A DNA stretch of 64,000 bases from Patescibacteria group bacterium (GCA_035692185.1 DASSIE010000028.1:4922-68921), one strand, 5' to 3'. Shown: positions 15,895-26,316, counted from the first letter of the stretch. The notes: generated from the sequence alone by a model not told the origin. Numbers and translations: made by a program.

Positions 15895-18003
15895 TTAAAT
15901 TTTAACTTTGTTAAGTCTTAAAGAATTCAAAACCACAGATATTGATGAAGCGGCCATTGCGAAACTGGCTAACATTGGGTTAAGCACACCAATTGCTGCC
16001 GCTGGAATTAAAATTACATTATAGCCAAATGCCCAAAATAAGTTTTGTTTGATAATACTCATTGTGACGCGACTTAAATTAATCGCAGATAAAATTGAGC
16101 TGAAATCTTTATTCAAAAGTGTAATCCCAGCAGACTCCATGGCAACGTCTGTCCCTGTTCCCATTGCAATCCCAATGTCGGCAGCCGCTAAGGCGGGTGC
16201 GTCGTTTACCCCGTCCCCAACAAATGCAACATTCTTAAATTCTTTAACCTTTGAAGCCTTATCTTCAGGTAAAACTTCTGCCATCACGTTTTTGATTCCC
16301 GCTTGTCTTGCAATAGCATTAGCCGTTCTTTCATTGTCCCCTGTAACCATCCATGTCTCTATACCCTTCTTATTCAATTTTTTGACAACATCAAGAACGC
16401 CTGGTTTTAAAGTGTCAGCAACAGCAACGTATCCCAAAAACTTAGTGCCGGAAGTCAGGCCCATTACAGTTTTTCCGCCTTCTTCCAATTTTTTAATTTC
16501 GTCATTTTTCTCAGCAATCTTTCCGAAAAAGTATTTTTTACCATCAACTACTCCTTCAATCCCTTTACCCAGAATTGAGTTAAATTTGGTGGCTTTTGCG
16601 AGCTTTATACTTTTTGATTTTATATAAGAAGAAATAGCCTCGCCAAGCGAATGCTCAGATCCTTGTTCAAGCGCTCCAACAATTGGGAGAATTTTTGGAC
16701 TCGAAACATTGGTAACAACAGGTTTGCCAAGTGTTAATGTTCCTGTTTTGTCAAAGATAATGGTGTTGATTTTGTGAGCCGTTTCAAGGCTTGAAGCATC
16801 TTTAATGAGTATGCCTCGCTCGGCACCTTTTCCTGTCCCAACCATTATCGCAGTAGGGGTAGCAAGTCCCATGGCACATGGACAAGCAATGATTAGTACC
16901 GCAACTAAATTAATAAATGCCGCCAAAGGAAATCCTAATACGTACCAAACAACAAAAGTGGCAACTGCCAACATTAAAACAATCGGCACAAAATATGAAG
17001 AAACAAGATCAGCCATACGTTGAATTGGAGCACGTGAGCTTTGCGCTTCTTTAACCATACTAACGATTCTTGCAAGCATTGTCTCACTTCCCACATTCGA
17101 AGCTTCGAAGACAAAGCTTCCGGTTTTGTTTATCGTTGAACCAATTACATTCATTCCGACGGATTTGTCTACAGGAATGGACTCTCCCGTTACCATAGAT
17201 TCGTCAATTGAACTGCCACCCTCAGTGACAACACCGTCAACAGGGACTTTCTCACCGGGTCGTACTCGGATTTTATCCCCAACTTTTACTTCTTCGAGTG
17301 GAATATCAATTTCCTCTCCATCCCGGATAACTCTGGCGGTTTTGGCTTGTAAGCCTAATAATTTTTTTATTGCGTCTGAGGTGTGACCTTTAGCTAAGCT
17401 TTCCAAAAATCTTCCCAAAAGAATAAGGGTGATTATTACTGCCGCCGTATCAAAATACATTCCCTGAACAAGTCCAAAGATCGAAGCAATTGAATATCCA
17501 TATGCCGCGGTTGTTCCAATTGCAATCAGAGTGTCCATACTGGCAGCCCGGTTTTTAAGCCCTGACCAAGTTGCAAGATAAAATTCACGGCCTGCCCAAA
17601 ACTGTACAGGTGTAGCCAAAACCAGAAGTAATAAAGGATTTAAACCAAATTTAAATAATTCCGGGAAACTTCCTAAAAAAATTATTGAGGAGAGAATCGA
17701 AGAAACAATTACTTTGATTTTTAACTTTTGAAGTTCTTTTTCTTTTTCTTCCTCTTTAATTTGCTCCGGTGTTTTGTCGTTACCTTTTTCTTGAAAAACA
17801 GCTTTATAACCGGCATTCTCGACTGCTTGTCCAAGAACTTTATCGGGTACGGTATCGCCTGACATTTCGATCGTTGCAGATTCGCTTGCATAATTTACAG
17901 AACAGGAAAGTACTCCCGGAACTTTGGAAACGCTCCTTTCAATTAGTTTTGCACAAGAAGCGCAGTGCATACCGACTATTGGAAAAGATTTTTTGGTAGT
18001 CAT
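15895..18003 (-). CDS. copA: Cu(I)-translocating P1B-type ATPase
   Basis: GMHCASC HMA domain, [24 protein letters not shown] and MAASS. Confidence 0.95.
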   Translation of the reverse strand: MTTKKSFPIVGMHCASCAKLIERSVSKVPGVLSCSVNYASESATIEMSGDTVPDKVLGQAVENAGYKAVFQEKGNDKTPEQIKEEEKEKELQKLKIKVIVSSILSSIIFLGSFPELFKFGLNPLLLLVLATPVQFWAGREFYLATWSGLKNRAASMDTLIAIGTTAAYGYSIASIFGLVQGMYFDTAAVIITLILLGRFLESLAKGHTSDAIKKLLGLQAKTARVIRDGEEIDIPLEEVKVGDKIRVRPGEKVPVDGVVTEGGSSIDESMVTGESIPVDKSVGMNVIGSTINKTGSFVFEASNVGSETMLARIVSMVKEAQSSRAPIQRMADLVSSYFVPIVLMLAVATFVVWYVLGFPLAAFINLVAVLIIACPCAMGLATPTAIMVGTGKGAERGILIKDASSLETAHKINTIIFDKTGTLTLGKPVVTNVSSPKILPIVGALEQGSEHSLGEAISSYIKSKSIKLAKATKFNSILGKGIEGVVDGKKYFFGKIAEKNDEIKKLEEGGKTVMGLTSGTKFLGYVAVADTLKPGVLDVVKKLNKKGIETWMVTGDNERTANAIARQAGIKNVMAEVLPEDKASKVKEFKNVAFVGDGVNDAPALAAADIGIAMGTGTDVAMESAGITLLNKDFSSILSAINLSRVTMSIIKQNLFWAFGYNVILIPAAAIGVLNPMLASFAMAASSISVVLNSLRLNKVKI

Positions 18004-18030
18004 ATTTTAAGATATTCTAACAAGCTTCGC

Positions 18031-18390
18031 TTACTCAACAACAATTTTTCCGTGGAACATCCCCATGCCACAATGAGTTTGGAAAGTTCCTTTTTTATCA
18101 GGAGTTAAGGTTATTTCAACGTTTTTATTTAAAGGTAAATATTCTTTAACTTTAAAATCAGGAATAATTATTTCTTCTAAACAAGAATTTGGGTCGGTTC
18201 TTTTGAATATTAATTTTGTAGTTTGCCCATTTTTTATTTTTATGTTTTCCGGCTTGTATCCCCCATCAACTAAAATATCTACAACATCTCCAGCAATGGT
18301 AGCGTCATCATTTTTCCCAAAGAAAAACCACCAGATAAAAGCAATTAGGCCAGCTCCTCCAATTGTTACCAATAATTTGTCGGGTGTCAT
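18031..18390 (-). CDS. Membrane-anchored cupredoxin (CupA-like)
   Basis: N-terminal TM helix, GGYKP, C...CGMGM; adjacent to copA. Confidence 0.85.
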   Translation of the reverse strand: MTPDKLLVTIGGAGLIAFIWWFFFGKNDDATIAGDVVDILVDGGYKPENIKIKNGQTTKLIFKRTDPNSCLEEIIIPDFKVKEYLPLNKNVEITLTPDKKGTFQTHCGMGMFHGKIVVE

Positions 18391-18644
18391 TTCTTTTCTA
18401 ATACTTGCATTACTTCTTTTATAGCTTCGTCAGCGTTGCCGGCTTTAATAGAATCAGAGACACATGTTTTTAGGTGGTTCGCTAAAACAATCTCGTCTAC
18501 TTTTTTAAGAGCAGATTGAATAGCCAGGGATTGATGAACGATATCTATACAATAGTCATCTTCCTCTACCATTTTTATCACTTTTTCTAAATGTCCTTTT
18601 GCAATTTTTAATCTGTGGATGGTATCATCTTTTGGGTCTTGCAT
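18387..18644 (-). CDS. csoR: CsoR/RcnR family copper-sensing repressor
   Basis: RLKIAKGHL..V..M...YC.D...Q...HLKTC. Confidence 0.92.
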   Translation of the reverse strand: MQDPKDDTIHRLKIAKGHLEKVIKMVEEDDYCIDIVHQSLAIQSALKKVDEIVLANHLKTCVSDSIKAGNADEAIKEVMQVLEKK

Positions 18645-18672
18645 ATTTTTTGAGATAATTTAGAATAATGAT

Positions 18673-18693
18673 ATATCCCCCTGGGGGGGATGT
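18673..18693. promoter_or_regulatory. CsoR-type operator between divergent copper genes
   Basis: ATATCCCCC-TGG-GGGGGATGT: C-tract/G-tract pseudo-palindrome like known CsoR operators. Confidence 0.75.
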
Positions 18694-18708
18694 CAAGTAA
18701 CAACAAAA

Positions 18709-19692
18709 ATGACTAATCTTTGGCTAGCTTTTATTACAGGTCTTACTTCCGGTGGAATTTCTTGTTTTGCTGTACAAGGAGGCCTGTTAACCACAGCAAT
18801 TGCGGGTGAAGAAGAAATTGAAATTTCGCGAAGTGTCAAAGCAAAAGCGCTTGGAATTTTTCTAATTTCAAAATTAATAGCCTATACACTACTAGGGTTT
18901 CTTCTTGGATTTTTGGGAGCCAGTTTAAATATTTCGCCAAAAGTTCAAGGGCTTTTGCAAATTTTTATTGGGCTCTTTATGTTGGCAACGGCCGCCAGAA
19001 TGCTTAATCTCCATCCAATTTTTAGATATTTCGTTATTACTCCGCCAAAATTTATTTTAAAGTTGATGAGAAATCAAGCCCAAGCAAAATCATATTTTAG
19101 TCCAATGATACTTGGCGCCCTAACCATACTTATCCCCTGCGGAGTAACACAGGCGATGATGCTTTTGGCAATTGGAACTGGGGATCCGTTCTGGGGAGCG
19201 GGAATAATGTTCTTTTTTATACTTGGGACCTCCCCCGTTTTCTTTGCAATTGGCTATGCAGCAACAGAATTAATGAAAAAGAGAATTTTTAATATTGTTG
19301 CAGCACTAGTCATTATGTTAATTGGAATTCTTTCAATTAATAGTGGGCAACTGTTGAGAGGGTCTGTCCATACTCTCCAAAGTTATTATTCGGTACTATT
19401 CGGAAGCAATAAAACATCAAAAGTTGGCAATGTTGTAAATATTAATGCAACAAATAGAGGTTACACAGCTGATGTTAATACCCTTAAAATTGGTGTTCCT
19501 GTTAAGATTAATTTAAAAACTACTGGTGTCACGGGTTGTGCCAGATCCTTCACTATCCCAAGTCTTAATTATTTTAAGATTTTACCTGCAACTGGAACAG
19601 AAACTATTGAATTTACTCCGACAAAATTAGGCAACTTAACATATACATGTAGTATGGGGATGTACTCAGGATCCTTCAATGTGATTGAATGA
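18709..19692 (+). CDS. DsbD_2/TauE-like membrane protein with C-terminal cupredoxin domain
   Basis: GGISC..VQGG, IPCG, multiple TM helices, C-terminal GC...CSMGMY. Confidence 0.8.
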   Translation: MTNLWLAFITGLTSGGISCFAVQGGLLTTAIAGEEEIEISRSVKAKALGIFLISKLIAYTLLGFLLGFLGASLNISPKVQGLLQIFIGLFMLATAARMLNLHPIFRYFVITPPKFILKLMRNQAQAKSYFSPMILGALTILIPCGVTQAMMLLAIGTGDPFWGAGIMFFFILGTSPVFFAIGYAATELMKKRIFNIVAALVIMLIGILSINSGQLLRGSVHTLQSYYSVLFGSNKTSKVGNVVNINATNRGYTADVNTLKIGVPVKINLKTTGVTGCARSFTIPSLNYFKILPATGTETIEFTPTKLGNLTYTCSMGMYSGSFNVIE

Positions 19693-19697
19693 TCCTT

Positions 19698-19722
19698 AAA
19701 TGACAAATGACAAATGACAAAT
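19698..19722 (+). repeat. (AAATGAC)3 heptamer array over the copZ start
   Basis: aaatgac aaatgac aaatgac aaat. Confidence 0.8.
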
Positions 19723-19907
19723 TAAAGACTTACAAAATAAAAGGGATGGACTGTGCATCTTGTGCATCGTTAATTGAAATGGATTTGGAAGACGTTGGAA
19801 TAAAATCTAAATGCAGTTATCCAAAAGAGACTTTAGAAATTGATGGTCCACATGATGAAAAAAAAGTAATTGAAATTGTTAAAAAATCAGGCTACAGTAT
19901 TATCTGA
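19707..19907 (+). CDS. copZ: Copper chaperone, HMA domain
   Basis: GMDCASC; C-terminal SGY. Confidence 0.85.
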   Translation: MTNDKLKTYKIKGMDCASCASLIEMDLEDVGIKSKCSYPKETLEIDGPHDEKKVIEIVKKSGYSII

Positions 19908-19909
19908 AT

Positions 19910-20392
19910 ATGTGCCCTGTTTGTACAGTTACCGTTATTGCAGGCCTTAGTGTTTCCCGATTATTGGGAATTGACGATGTCGTTTCTTCTATCTGGATTG
20001 GTGGACTCATACTTTCTTTATCTTTCATAACTATTAATTGGATTGAAAAATCAAAATGGAGAGAAAAAATATATGAACACATATGCAAAATTAAATGTGG
20101 TCTAACGGAAAATCAAGCTTTAAAGTTCTGGGTAATATTTTTAATGTATCTTTTAGCTTTGATCCCCCTATTTTTAAATCACACAATAGGTATCACCAGA
20201 AATACTCTTTGGGGAATGGACAAAATTCTATTCGGAATATTTGTAGGATCAATTGTGTTTTTAATTGGAATATGGATAGATAAAACTATCCGAAAAGGCA
20301 GGGACGGTAAACAGCTTTTTCATTTTCAAAAAGTTGTGTTTCCAGTATCAATGCTAGCAATTGCCTCTGCTGTATTTTATCTAGTTACTTGA
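19910..20392 (+). CDS. Membrane protein with N-terminal CxxC
   Basis: MCPVCT start, four TM helices; within the copper locus. Confidence 0.7.
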   Translation: MCPVCTVTVIAGLSVSRLLGIDDVVSSIWIGGLILSLSFITINWIEKSKWREKIYEHICKIKCGLTENQALKFWVIFLMYLLALIPLFLNHTIGITRNTLWGMDKILFGIFVGSIVFLIGIWIDKTIRKGRDGKQLFHFQKVVFPVSMLAIASAVFYLVT

Positions 20393-20396
20393 TTCT

Positions 20397-20897
20397 ATGG
20401 CAATAAAAAATTATAACGATTTATTAGACAAGGTAAGTAATTTTAAACTTGACACTAACATCGACCTCTCCTCTGGAGAAGATTTGTCTATTGGAATAAT
20501 GAATTTAATTTCAATTGAAGAGCATCTGTTCTTTACTTACGGCAAACTTAAGAATCAAAAGTACCTTAAATTACTTAACGAAGTTCGCCTAATGCGAACA
20601 AGTTTAATGAAAGAAATAATTAAAGATTACGAAGGTGAGGTTTGGTGCATAAGTAAACATTTATTAGCTTCTTCTATGAGGTTGATGGAGGTCGGGACTA
20701 AAGAACTAAAGAAGAAAGAAAATAAAAAAGCAGAGGATCTGTTTAAAAAATCTTATGAATTATACAGTTTATTCTGGGGTTTAAATTTATCTAGTCACTC
20801 CAACTCCCCCAACCTCCCAAAACTTCCCACCGATAAATCGGTTTTTAGTAAACTTGGAGACATTGTCCAACACGCCCTTGATTGTTGTAGAGAGTAA
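20397..20897 (+). CDS. Helical hypothetical protein, possibly metal-binding
   Basis: EEH, WC.SKH and C-terminal DCCRE motifs. Confidence 0.65.
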   Translation: MAIKNYNDLLDKVSNFKLDTNIDLSSGEDLSIGIMNLISIEEHLFFTYGKLKNQKYLKLLNEVRLMRTSLMKEIIKDYEGEVWCISKHLLASSMRLMEVGTKELKKKENKKAEDLFKKSYELYSLFWGLNLSSHSNSPNLPKLPTDKSVFSKLGDIVQHALDCCRE

Positions 20898-21431
20898 TTA
20901 TACAAAAAGCCCCAAACAAATTGTTGCAACAAGCACAACAATCCAATAAATTTTACTCTTTTCAAAATCTAATTTAATCGGGGAGTTAACAAGCCAGTTA
21001 TTAAAACTTTTTAGCTCCATCAAATCCACAATTTGATCAATAAGTAAATGAAGCGAGAAGGACAAAACCAATCCTTTTCCAAATAAAGACCCGGAAGAAC
21101 TTAACATCCAGAAAGTTAATATCAAAAATATTAATTGGAAATAAACTGTATGAAAAATTAACCCCCTTCTTTCTCCTCTTGTCTCATATAGGAGCTCAAT
21201 CGATCTTTTAAAATCCTTTTTCTGCAGTAAATAATTCACTCTTTGTGACGTCAGTTCGACGGGTTTTAAAAAAAGAACATAAAGTATGTGGTCTACGTCT
21301 GGTAAAAATACTCCAACTAGTCCCCCCAACCAAAATGGCCAATAACTAATGTTTAAATAATGTTTAATTATGGAGATAAAAATAAAGAAGGATAAAAGAA
21401 AGGAAAAATGTAGGAAAAGTTCACGCTTCAT
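20898..21431 (-). CDS. Membrane-bound metal-dependent hydrolase-like protein
   Basis: LPDVDH, FHT and HLLID motifs in TM context. Confidence 0.6.
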   Translation of the reverse strand: MKRELFLHFSFLLSFFIFISIIKHYLNISYWPFWLGGLVGVFLPDVDHILYVLFLKPVELTSQRVNYLLQKKDFKRSIELLYETRGERRGLIFHTVYFQLIFLILTFWMLSSSGSLFGKGLVLSFSLHLLIDQIVDLMELKSFNNWLVNSPIKLDFEKSKIYWIVVLVATICLGLFV

Positions 21432-21455
21432 ACTTAATAAATTGTAGCACTATTT

Positions 21456-21713
21456 TTATGATTTTATGAAGCTATTAAATAGATCTTTCAACTTTTTAAA
21501 GTAGCCTTTATTATCAATTCGGAGTGGATTTCCTATGGCAGAAACACCGTGTGTTCCACAAGATGCTTTATTTCCAGATTGACGAAAACCTCGGCAACTT
21601 TTATGTAAATATAAAAACAATTCAAATTCTGTATTTTTGCGAGTTCTTAATGTTTCAATTGGGTCGTTACGATTTTCAAACGTTTCAATTGGGTTATTAT
21701 ACTCAATAGTCAT
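21456..21713 (-). CDS. Hypothetical protein
   Basis: 85-aa ORF with ATGA overlap to the upstream gene; internal NNPIET/NDPIET repeat. Confidence 0.45.
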   Translation of the reverse strand: MTIEYNNPIETFENRNDPIETLRTRKNTEFELFLYLHKSCRGFRQSGNKASCGTHGVSAIGNPLRIDNKGYFKKLKDLFNSFIKS

Positions 21714-22015
21714 GGAGTCATTATATATCTGCTGTCAACTTTATCATCTTCTGTAAACTTAACCCCCTCGCTTAGGAGCCTTTCCTTTTGCTCATCAGGC
21801 CCACCAAAGGCATAGCCTGGGGCTAATCCTCCATCTTTGTTTACAACTCTGTGGCAAGGAACGATTGAGCTATCTGGATTTGCATGAAGTGCCCAACCAA
21901 CTTTCCTGGCATCTCGGCTTCCAATTTCTTTGGCAATCTGTCCGTAAGTCATAACGCGCCCGCTAGGAATTTTCTTTACAACTTGGTAAACCTGATCAAA
22001 AAAATTATTTTTCAT
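21710..22015 (-). CDS. MGMT family O6-alkylguanine DNA-binding/methyltransferase
   Basis: IPSGRVMTYGQIA, ARKVGWAL, VPCHRVV. Confidence 0.9.
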   Translation of the reverse strand: MKNNFFDQVYQVVKKIPSGRVMTYGQIAKEIGSRDARKVGWALHANPDSSIVPCHRVVNKDGGLAPGYAFGGPDEQKERLLSEGVKFTEDDKVDSRYIMTP

Positions 22016-22304
22016 CTTTTTTAATTTTATCGTTATCTTTTAATTGCTTCAATTTCCACATAAATAGCCTTGGCTTGGAGCGTGCATTTTGGGCGTCTTT
22101 TACAAAACTGCGGGCAGATTCAATTAGTCCCCTTGGATTATCTTTAGAAAGTTTTATATATAAAGAAACATGTTTTGGATCATCTAACTCATTCGCGAGG
22201 TCGTATCCATATTTCTGGAATTCACGAGAGACATACTTATCTGTATTATCAAATTTGTATTTATTTAAAAGATCCCCTACTGAAGTTAAAGTTTTTGTTT
22301 TCAT
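22005..22304 (-). CDS. Hypothetical protein
   Basis: 99-aa ORF in operon; LYIKL and RLFMW motifs. Confidence 0.65.
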   Translation of the reverse strand: MKTKTLTSVGDLLNKYKFDNTDKYVSREFQKYGYDLANELDDPKHVSLYIKLSKDNPRGLIESARSFVKDAQNARSKPRLFMWKLKQLKDNDKIKKDEK

Positions 22305-22305
22305 T

Positions 22306-22337
22306 CTAGTTACTAGCTACTAGTCACTAGTAACTAG
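22306..22337. repeat. CTAGNNA heptamer array at a stop/start junction
   Basis: ctagtta ctagcta ctagtca ctagtaa ctag; the ends are self-complementary. Confidence 0.85.
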
Positions 22338-22817
22338 CTTTTTGCATACTTCTTTAATAACATTATCTAACTTTTCTTTTTCCTCATCCGTAAAGTTCTC
22401 GAGAGTATAAACCTCCCCCATTGGCTTGTTGTCTTGCGGTCTATTATCAATTCCCACTCGAACTCTGTTAAATTCCTTTGTTCCTAATTTTTCTTCAATA
22501 TCGAGTATTCCATTGTGGTCTTTTGGCCCTCTGCCAAACTGAATTTTAAAACTACCGAAAGGAATATCCAAGTCGTCATGAATAACATACAAATCGGATA
22601 AATCAAGTTTGTATTGATCAACTAACTTTTTCACAAAACTCCCAGAATCATTCATAAAGTTTGGAGATTTAAAAATTAAAATTTTGGATTTATTTGAGAT
22701 TTGAGATTTGGAATTTGAAATTTCTGACGCTAAAGCGTCAGCCACCATATACCCAGCACTGTGCCTGGTATTTTTATATTGTTGCCCTGGATTTCCGATA
22801 CCGATAATGAGTTTCAT
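22320..22817 (-). CDS. pth: Peptidyl-tRNA hydrolase
   Basis: MKLIIGIGNPG..Y..TRH, FMNDSG, HDDLD, HNG, RVRVGI. Start corrected to ATG 22817. Confidence 0.93.
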   Translation of the reverse strand: MKLIIGIGNPGQQYKNTRHSAGYMVADALASEISNSKSQISNKSKILIFKSPNFMNDSGSFVKKLVDQYKLDLSDLYVIHDDLDIPFGSFKIQFGRGPKDHNGILDIEEKLGTKEFNRVRVGIDNRPQDNKPMGEVYTLENFTDEEKEKLDNVIKEVCKKLVTSD

Positions 22818-22840
22818 AATATAAAGAGATTCTATCATAC

Positions 22841-22872
22841 GAAACATCCTCAAGTTTCCCTGAGGATGTTTC
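22841..22872. terminator. Perfect 12-bp hairpin, possible terminator
   Basis: GAAACATCCTCA-agtttccc-TGAGGATGTTTC; no clear U-tract. Confidence 0.45.
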
Positions 22873-22935
22873 ACCAAATTCTTAATTTGGCCAAGCTCTG
22901 CTTACTATTAATTTCTAGGACCTAAGAAATTAAAA

Positions 22936-23268
22936 CTATGCCTTTCGCATTAACTGAACTGCAAACTTGCCAATAAATGGGACTTCCCATCTTTCTCCCT
23001 GCCAAGCTTTGTAAGTCATAAGTAACCAAAGTACAACTCCTAATACAAAGACGAGCGGAGTAGCAAAAACCAAAAATATAGTCAAAATCAAAACCCAATT
23101 AAGTATAAAAAGGGCCAAATTAACGACTATTGATTGGAATGCCCAAAATTTAACAAATTCATCTTTTTCTAAAAGAATGAAAAGTACTGGAACCACTAAA
23201 GTAGGTCCCAAAAGTACTGATAATGCTGCTGCTGTTTCCTTTTTAAGTCCTGTGCCTGTTGATGCCAT
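22936..23268 (-). CDS. DUF4870/Tic20-like membrane protein
   Basis: AAALSVL, EKDEFVKFWAFQS, KAWQGERWEVPFIG; SD AAGGTGA. Confidence 0.8.
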   Translation of the reverse strand: MASTGTGLKKETAAALSVLLGPTLVVPVLFILLEKDEFVKFWAFQSIVVNLALFILNWVLILTIFLVFATPLVFVLGVVLWLLMTYKAWQGERWEVPFIGKFAVQLMRKA

Positions 23269-23322
23269 AAATAATCACCTTCTCTCTATTAATCTCATCT
23301 TTTCATAAATTATAATCATTGG

Positions 23323-25017
23323 TCAATCCCTAATTATTTTTTGAAGTTTTAGAAGTTCATTTAATTCTTTTAAGGTTGTTGCCTCCTTTGGACTTTTGTC
23401 ATCTCGGAAATTGATAAGCCTAGGGAAGCGGAGGGCAAGGCCCGCTGTATGCTTTGGACTCTTAGTAATCTCATCCGCAGCAAGCTCAGCTAGCACAAGT
23501 GGCGTTACCCAGAAATCGGGATACAAATCTTTATGCACTTCATATTCTTTTGGCTTGTCTTTAACTTGGATTTTTGTAAGCCTAGTTTTTAACTCCTTAA
23601 ATTGCTCGTCAGTTAAACCTGTCCCTACTTTTGTAACTGATTTAAATACTTCCCCGTCTTTAACCCCCGCTAAAAACTGCCCTACTCCAAACCCTACTCT
23701 TTTGCCTTTTCCAACTGTGTAGCCCATTATTACCAAATCCACAGTGTCAGATAACTTGCCACTAGTCCCTTCTACCTCTTTCATTTTTACCCAGTTCCAA
23801 CCGGTACGGCCGCTAACATAAAGTCCATTCACTTTTTTAACAACAACCCCCTCAAGTCCCAACTTAAGATATTTTTCGTGAAGAGTTTTAATTACATCAG
23901 CATCTTTTGTGATTGTGTTTTCATCAATTCTTAATAGGTTTCCATTAACAACAACTTTTCCTACAACTTTTCTGCGTTCTATATAAGGCTCTTTAATATA
24001 ACTTTTGCCGTCACAAAGCAGAATATCAAAAACTTGGAACTGAAGCGGAATTTCAGTTGAATTCTTTTCAATCTCGTGTTTTCTTCTTCTTGATACTGTC
24101 TTTTGAAAATCAACAAACATTTGTCTTTTTGGATCAAGTCCAACAGCTTCTGTATCCAGAATTACTTCGTCCGCTTTTATATATTTCCCAAGCTCTTGTA
24201 GCTCTGGAAAAGTCTCGAGCGGAATTGCATTCATGTTTCTGGTAAATATCTTGATAAAGTTGGGCTTCCTGTAGTGAATAAAGATACGAAGTCCATCAAA
24301 TTTTGGTTCCACCGCGACTTCCCCCATTTTTTTGATCATTTCGTCTGTTGAGTTAAGGCGTTGGGCAAGCATTGGGACAACTGGAACTCCAACTTCTGGT
24401 TTTGCTGATTTAAGATTTCCTTCTTTAACTAACTTTGCAACATAACCAATATCTGGTCTAATATTGTAAGCTTCTTCGATCTCTTTTGAAGAAATATTAG
24501 AAGAAGCCGCGAGGGCATCGACTACGGTTTTTTCAGAAAATCCTAAACGAAGTTTTCCAACTGGAATTCTTGTAACAAATCTTGCTGATATTGGATCCAG
24601 TAGCTTTAACAAGTGTGAAGTTTTCTCAACTTTCCTATCTTGGCTCCCCTCCCCATTATCTTTAGCTATTTCCACAAGCTTTTCGTATACTTCATTAACT
24701 GTTAAATCCCCAGCACTTTTCTTGGCAAGTTCTTGGGCAACGTTACCCAGATCACCTTTTGCTTTATATAACCTTGTTACTTCATCAATATCTTTTCCGG
24801 AAGATAGTACTAAAACTCTAATCATCATTTTTTCTGCGATGTTTAAAATTATACTTTCGTAGTTTGGAGCCAACGTGCCAAGAGCTAAATAAGTAGCTTT
24901 ATCGATTTCGTGGGCATTAGTTTCTTTAAAAAGTTCCGAAAGTATTCTGGTTATTTCGAGCCTTGAAGAAGTGCTTTCTAGTTTTTCTAGATATTTTGCG
25001 AGAGTGCTAAACTTCAT
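23323..25017 (-). CDS. lig: ATP-dependent DNA ligase (archaeal/eukaryotic-type domain layout)
   Basis: Motif I EPKFDGLR, ILDTE, FDIL, EGVVVK, WVKMK, LRFPR...RDDK; N-terminal DNA-binding domain. Confidence 0.95.
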   Translation of the reverse strand: MKFSTLAKYLEKLESTSSRLEITRILSELFKETNAHEIDKATYLALGTLAPNYESIILNIAEKMMIRVLVLSSGKDIDEVTRLYKAKGDLGNVAQELAKKSAGDLTVNEVYEKLVEIAKDNGEGSQDRKVEKTSHLLKLLDPISARFVTRIPVGKLRLGFSEKTVVDALAASSNISSKEIEEAYNIRPDIGYVAKLVKEGNLKSAKPEVGVPVVPMLAQRLNSTDEMIKKMGEVAVEPKFDGLRIFIHYRKPNFIKIFTRNMNAIPLETFPELQELGKYIKADEVILDTEAVGLDPKRQMFVDFQKTVSRRRKHEIEKNSTEIPLQFQVFDILLCDGKSYIKEPYIERRKVVGKVVVNGNLLRIDENTITKDADVIKTLHEKYLKLGLEGVVVKKVNGLYVSGRTGWNWVKMKEVEGTSGKLSDTVDLVIMGYTVGKGKRVGFGVGQFLAGVKDGEVFKSVTKVGTGLTDEQFKELKTRLTKIQVKDKPKEYEVHKDLYPDFWVTPLVLAELAADEITKSPKHTAGLALRFPRLINFRDDKSPKEATTLKELNELLKLQKIIRD

Positions 25018-25039
25018 ATCTTCGATTATATCATCCTAT

Positions 25040-25255
25040 TTAATGAACGTAGGCACCTTTTCCGGCTAAATAACTGGAGAAAAACATATAGGCAAATATA
25101 ACAACTCCTATAAACATAAATCCAAAAATAATTGAGATTATTCCCCCATCCTCTTCATGAATAACTTTATTAATTCCTTCACCTAATAAAGTCAGTCCAA
25201 ATAAACTTGGGAGGATCAAAATCATATATAAAAATTGTGGATCTCTTGGTGTCAT
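25040..25255 (-). CDS. Small two-TM membrane protein
   Basis: Two hydrophobic segments; ATGA coupling to the Fic gene. Confidence 0.65.
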   Translation of the reverse strand: MTPRDPQFLYMILILPSLFGLTLLGEGINKVIHEEDGGIISIIFGFMFIGVVIFAYMFFSSYLAGKGAYVH

Positions 25256-26316
25256 TTGTTTGCTAATACGTATTTAGACGCTTTAGTACTCCCTGACTTT
25301 TTCAAAATTCCTTTACCTAACAAATCACGTAGTTCCCTTAAAACCGTATCTTCAGAAACCATAGGGAGTACTTTCTTAAGCTCTCCCATTCCCCCCGATC
25401 CTTGATCGGAAATATATTCAATAAGTCTCATCTGGCGTTCGGTTAAGGACACTTGTTCGCCAAATTTAACCTTAAGCCTGGAATCAACCGAAAGCTTTCT
25501 TACTCTATCTTTCACCTTTTCAAGCTCCACTGCAACTACGTGTGTAAAATATTCAAGCCAGGTAGTTACATCGCGGGAACTCAAGTTTGGAGACTGCCTA
25601 TCAACTTCACTTAAAGCTTCGTAGTAAGTAGCTGGATCTTCATCAAAATGCTCCTCTAAGGAGAAGAATTTTTTAATGTTATATCCCTCGCGCATTAGAA
25701 TAAGTGAAGCAAAGGCACGAATTGTGCGCCCGTTCCCTTCAACAAAGGGGTGGATGGCTACTAAAATGTAGTGCGCAATTCCGGCGCGCAAAATTGGATG
25801 AATTTCGTGAGCGTTACTGTCATTAAGCCAAGCAAAAAAATCTTCTAAAAGGTAAGGAACTTCAAGGTATGGCGGCGGATTGAAAATAATTTTGCCTGTT
25901 CCCTCTTCTTTAATTACAACTTCTGTGGTTCTAAACACACCGACTTTTTCGGGAACCACTATGCGGTCTACAGTTGCCCGGTGAATATCTTTTAACATAT
26001 CAAGTTCGTACCCTCCCCTTTTAACTGCCAACTCATCTATAAGTTGAGTAGCATTTCTATAATTTATAATTTCTTGAATATCGCGGGCCCTTGCGTAAAC
26101 TTCAGCCCCTTCCAATATCTTTTTTGTTTGGTAAAGTGTTAGATCGTTTCCTTCAATGTGGGTTCCATGGTGGATTGTACGGGCCATGGCGTCGCTTTGA
26201 AATTGTTTTTCAAACGATGGAACAAGAGGAGCGTTTTCTATTATCTCTTTACTGGCTTCAATTGAACCAATTGTCCTTAAAATTTTGTTGGAAATTGTGT
26301 ATTTAGGAGAGTACAT
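25252..26316 (-). CDS. Fic domain protein with C-terminal wHTH
   Basis: HPFVEGNGRTIR Fic motif; THIEGN inhibitory-helix-like motif; DeoR-like tail. Confidence 0.92.
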   Translation of the reverse strand: MYSPKYTISNKILRTIGSIEASKEIIENAPLVPSFEKQFQSDAMARTIHHGTHIEGNDLTLYQTKKILEGAEVYARARDIQEIINYRNATQLIDELAVKRGGYELDMLKDIHRATVDRIVVPEKVGVFRTTEVVIKEEGTGKIIFNPPPYLEVPYLLEDFFAWLNDSNAHEIHPILRAGIAHYILVAIHPFVEGNGRTIRAFASLILMREGYNIKKFFSLEEHFDEDPATYYEALSEVDRQSPNLSSRDVTTWLEYFTHVVAVELEKVKDRVRKLSVDSRLKVKFGEQVSLTERQMRLIEYISDQGSGGMGELKKVLPMVSEDTVLRELRDLLGKGILKKSGSTKASKYVLANK

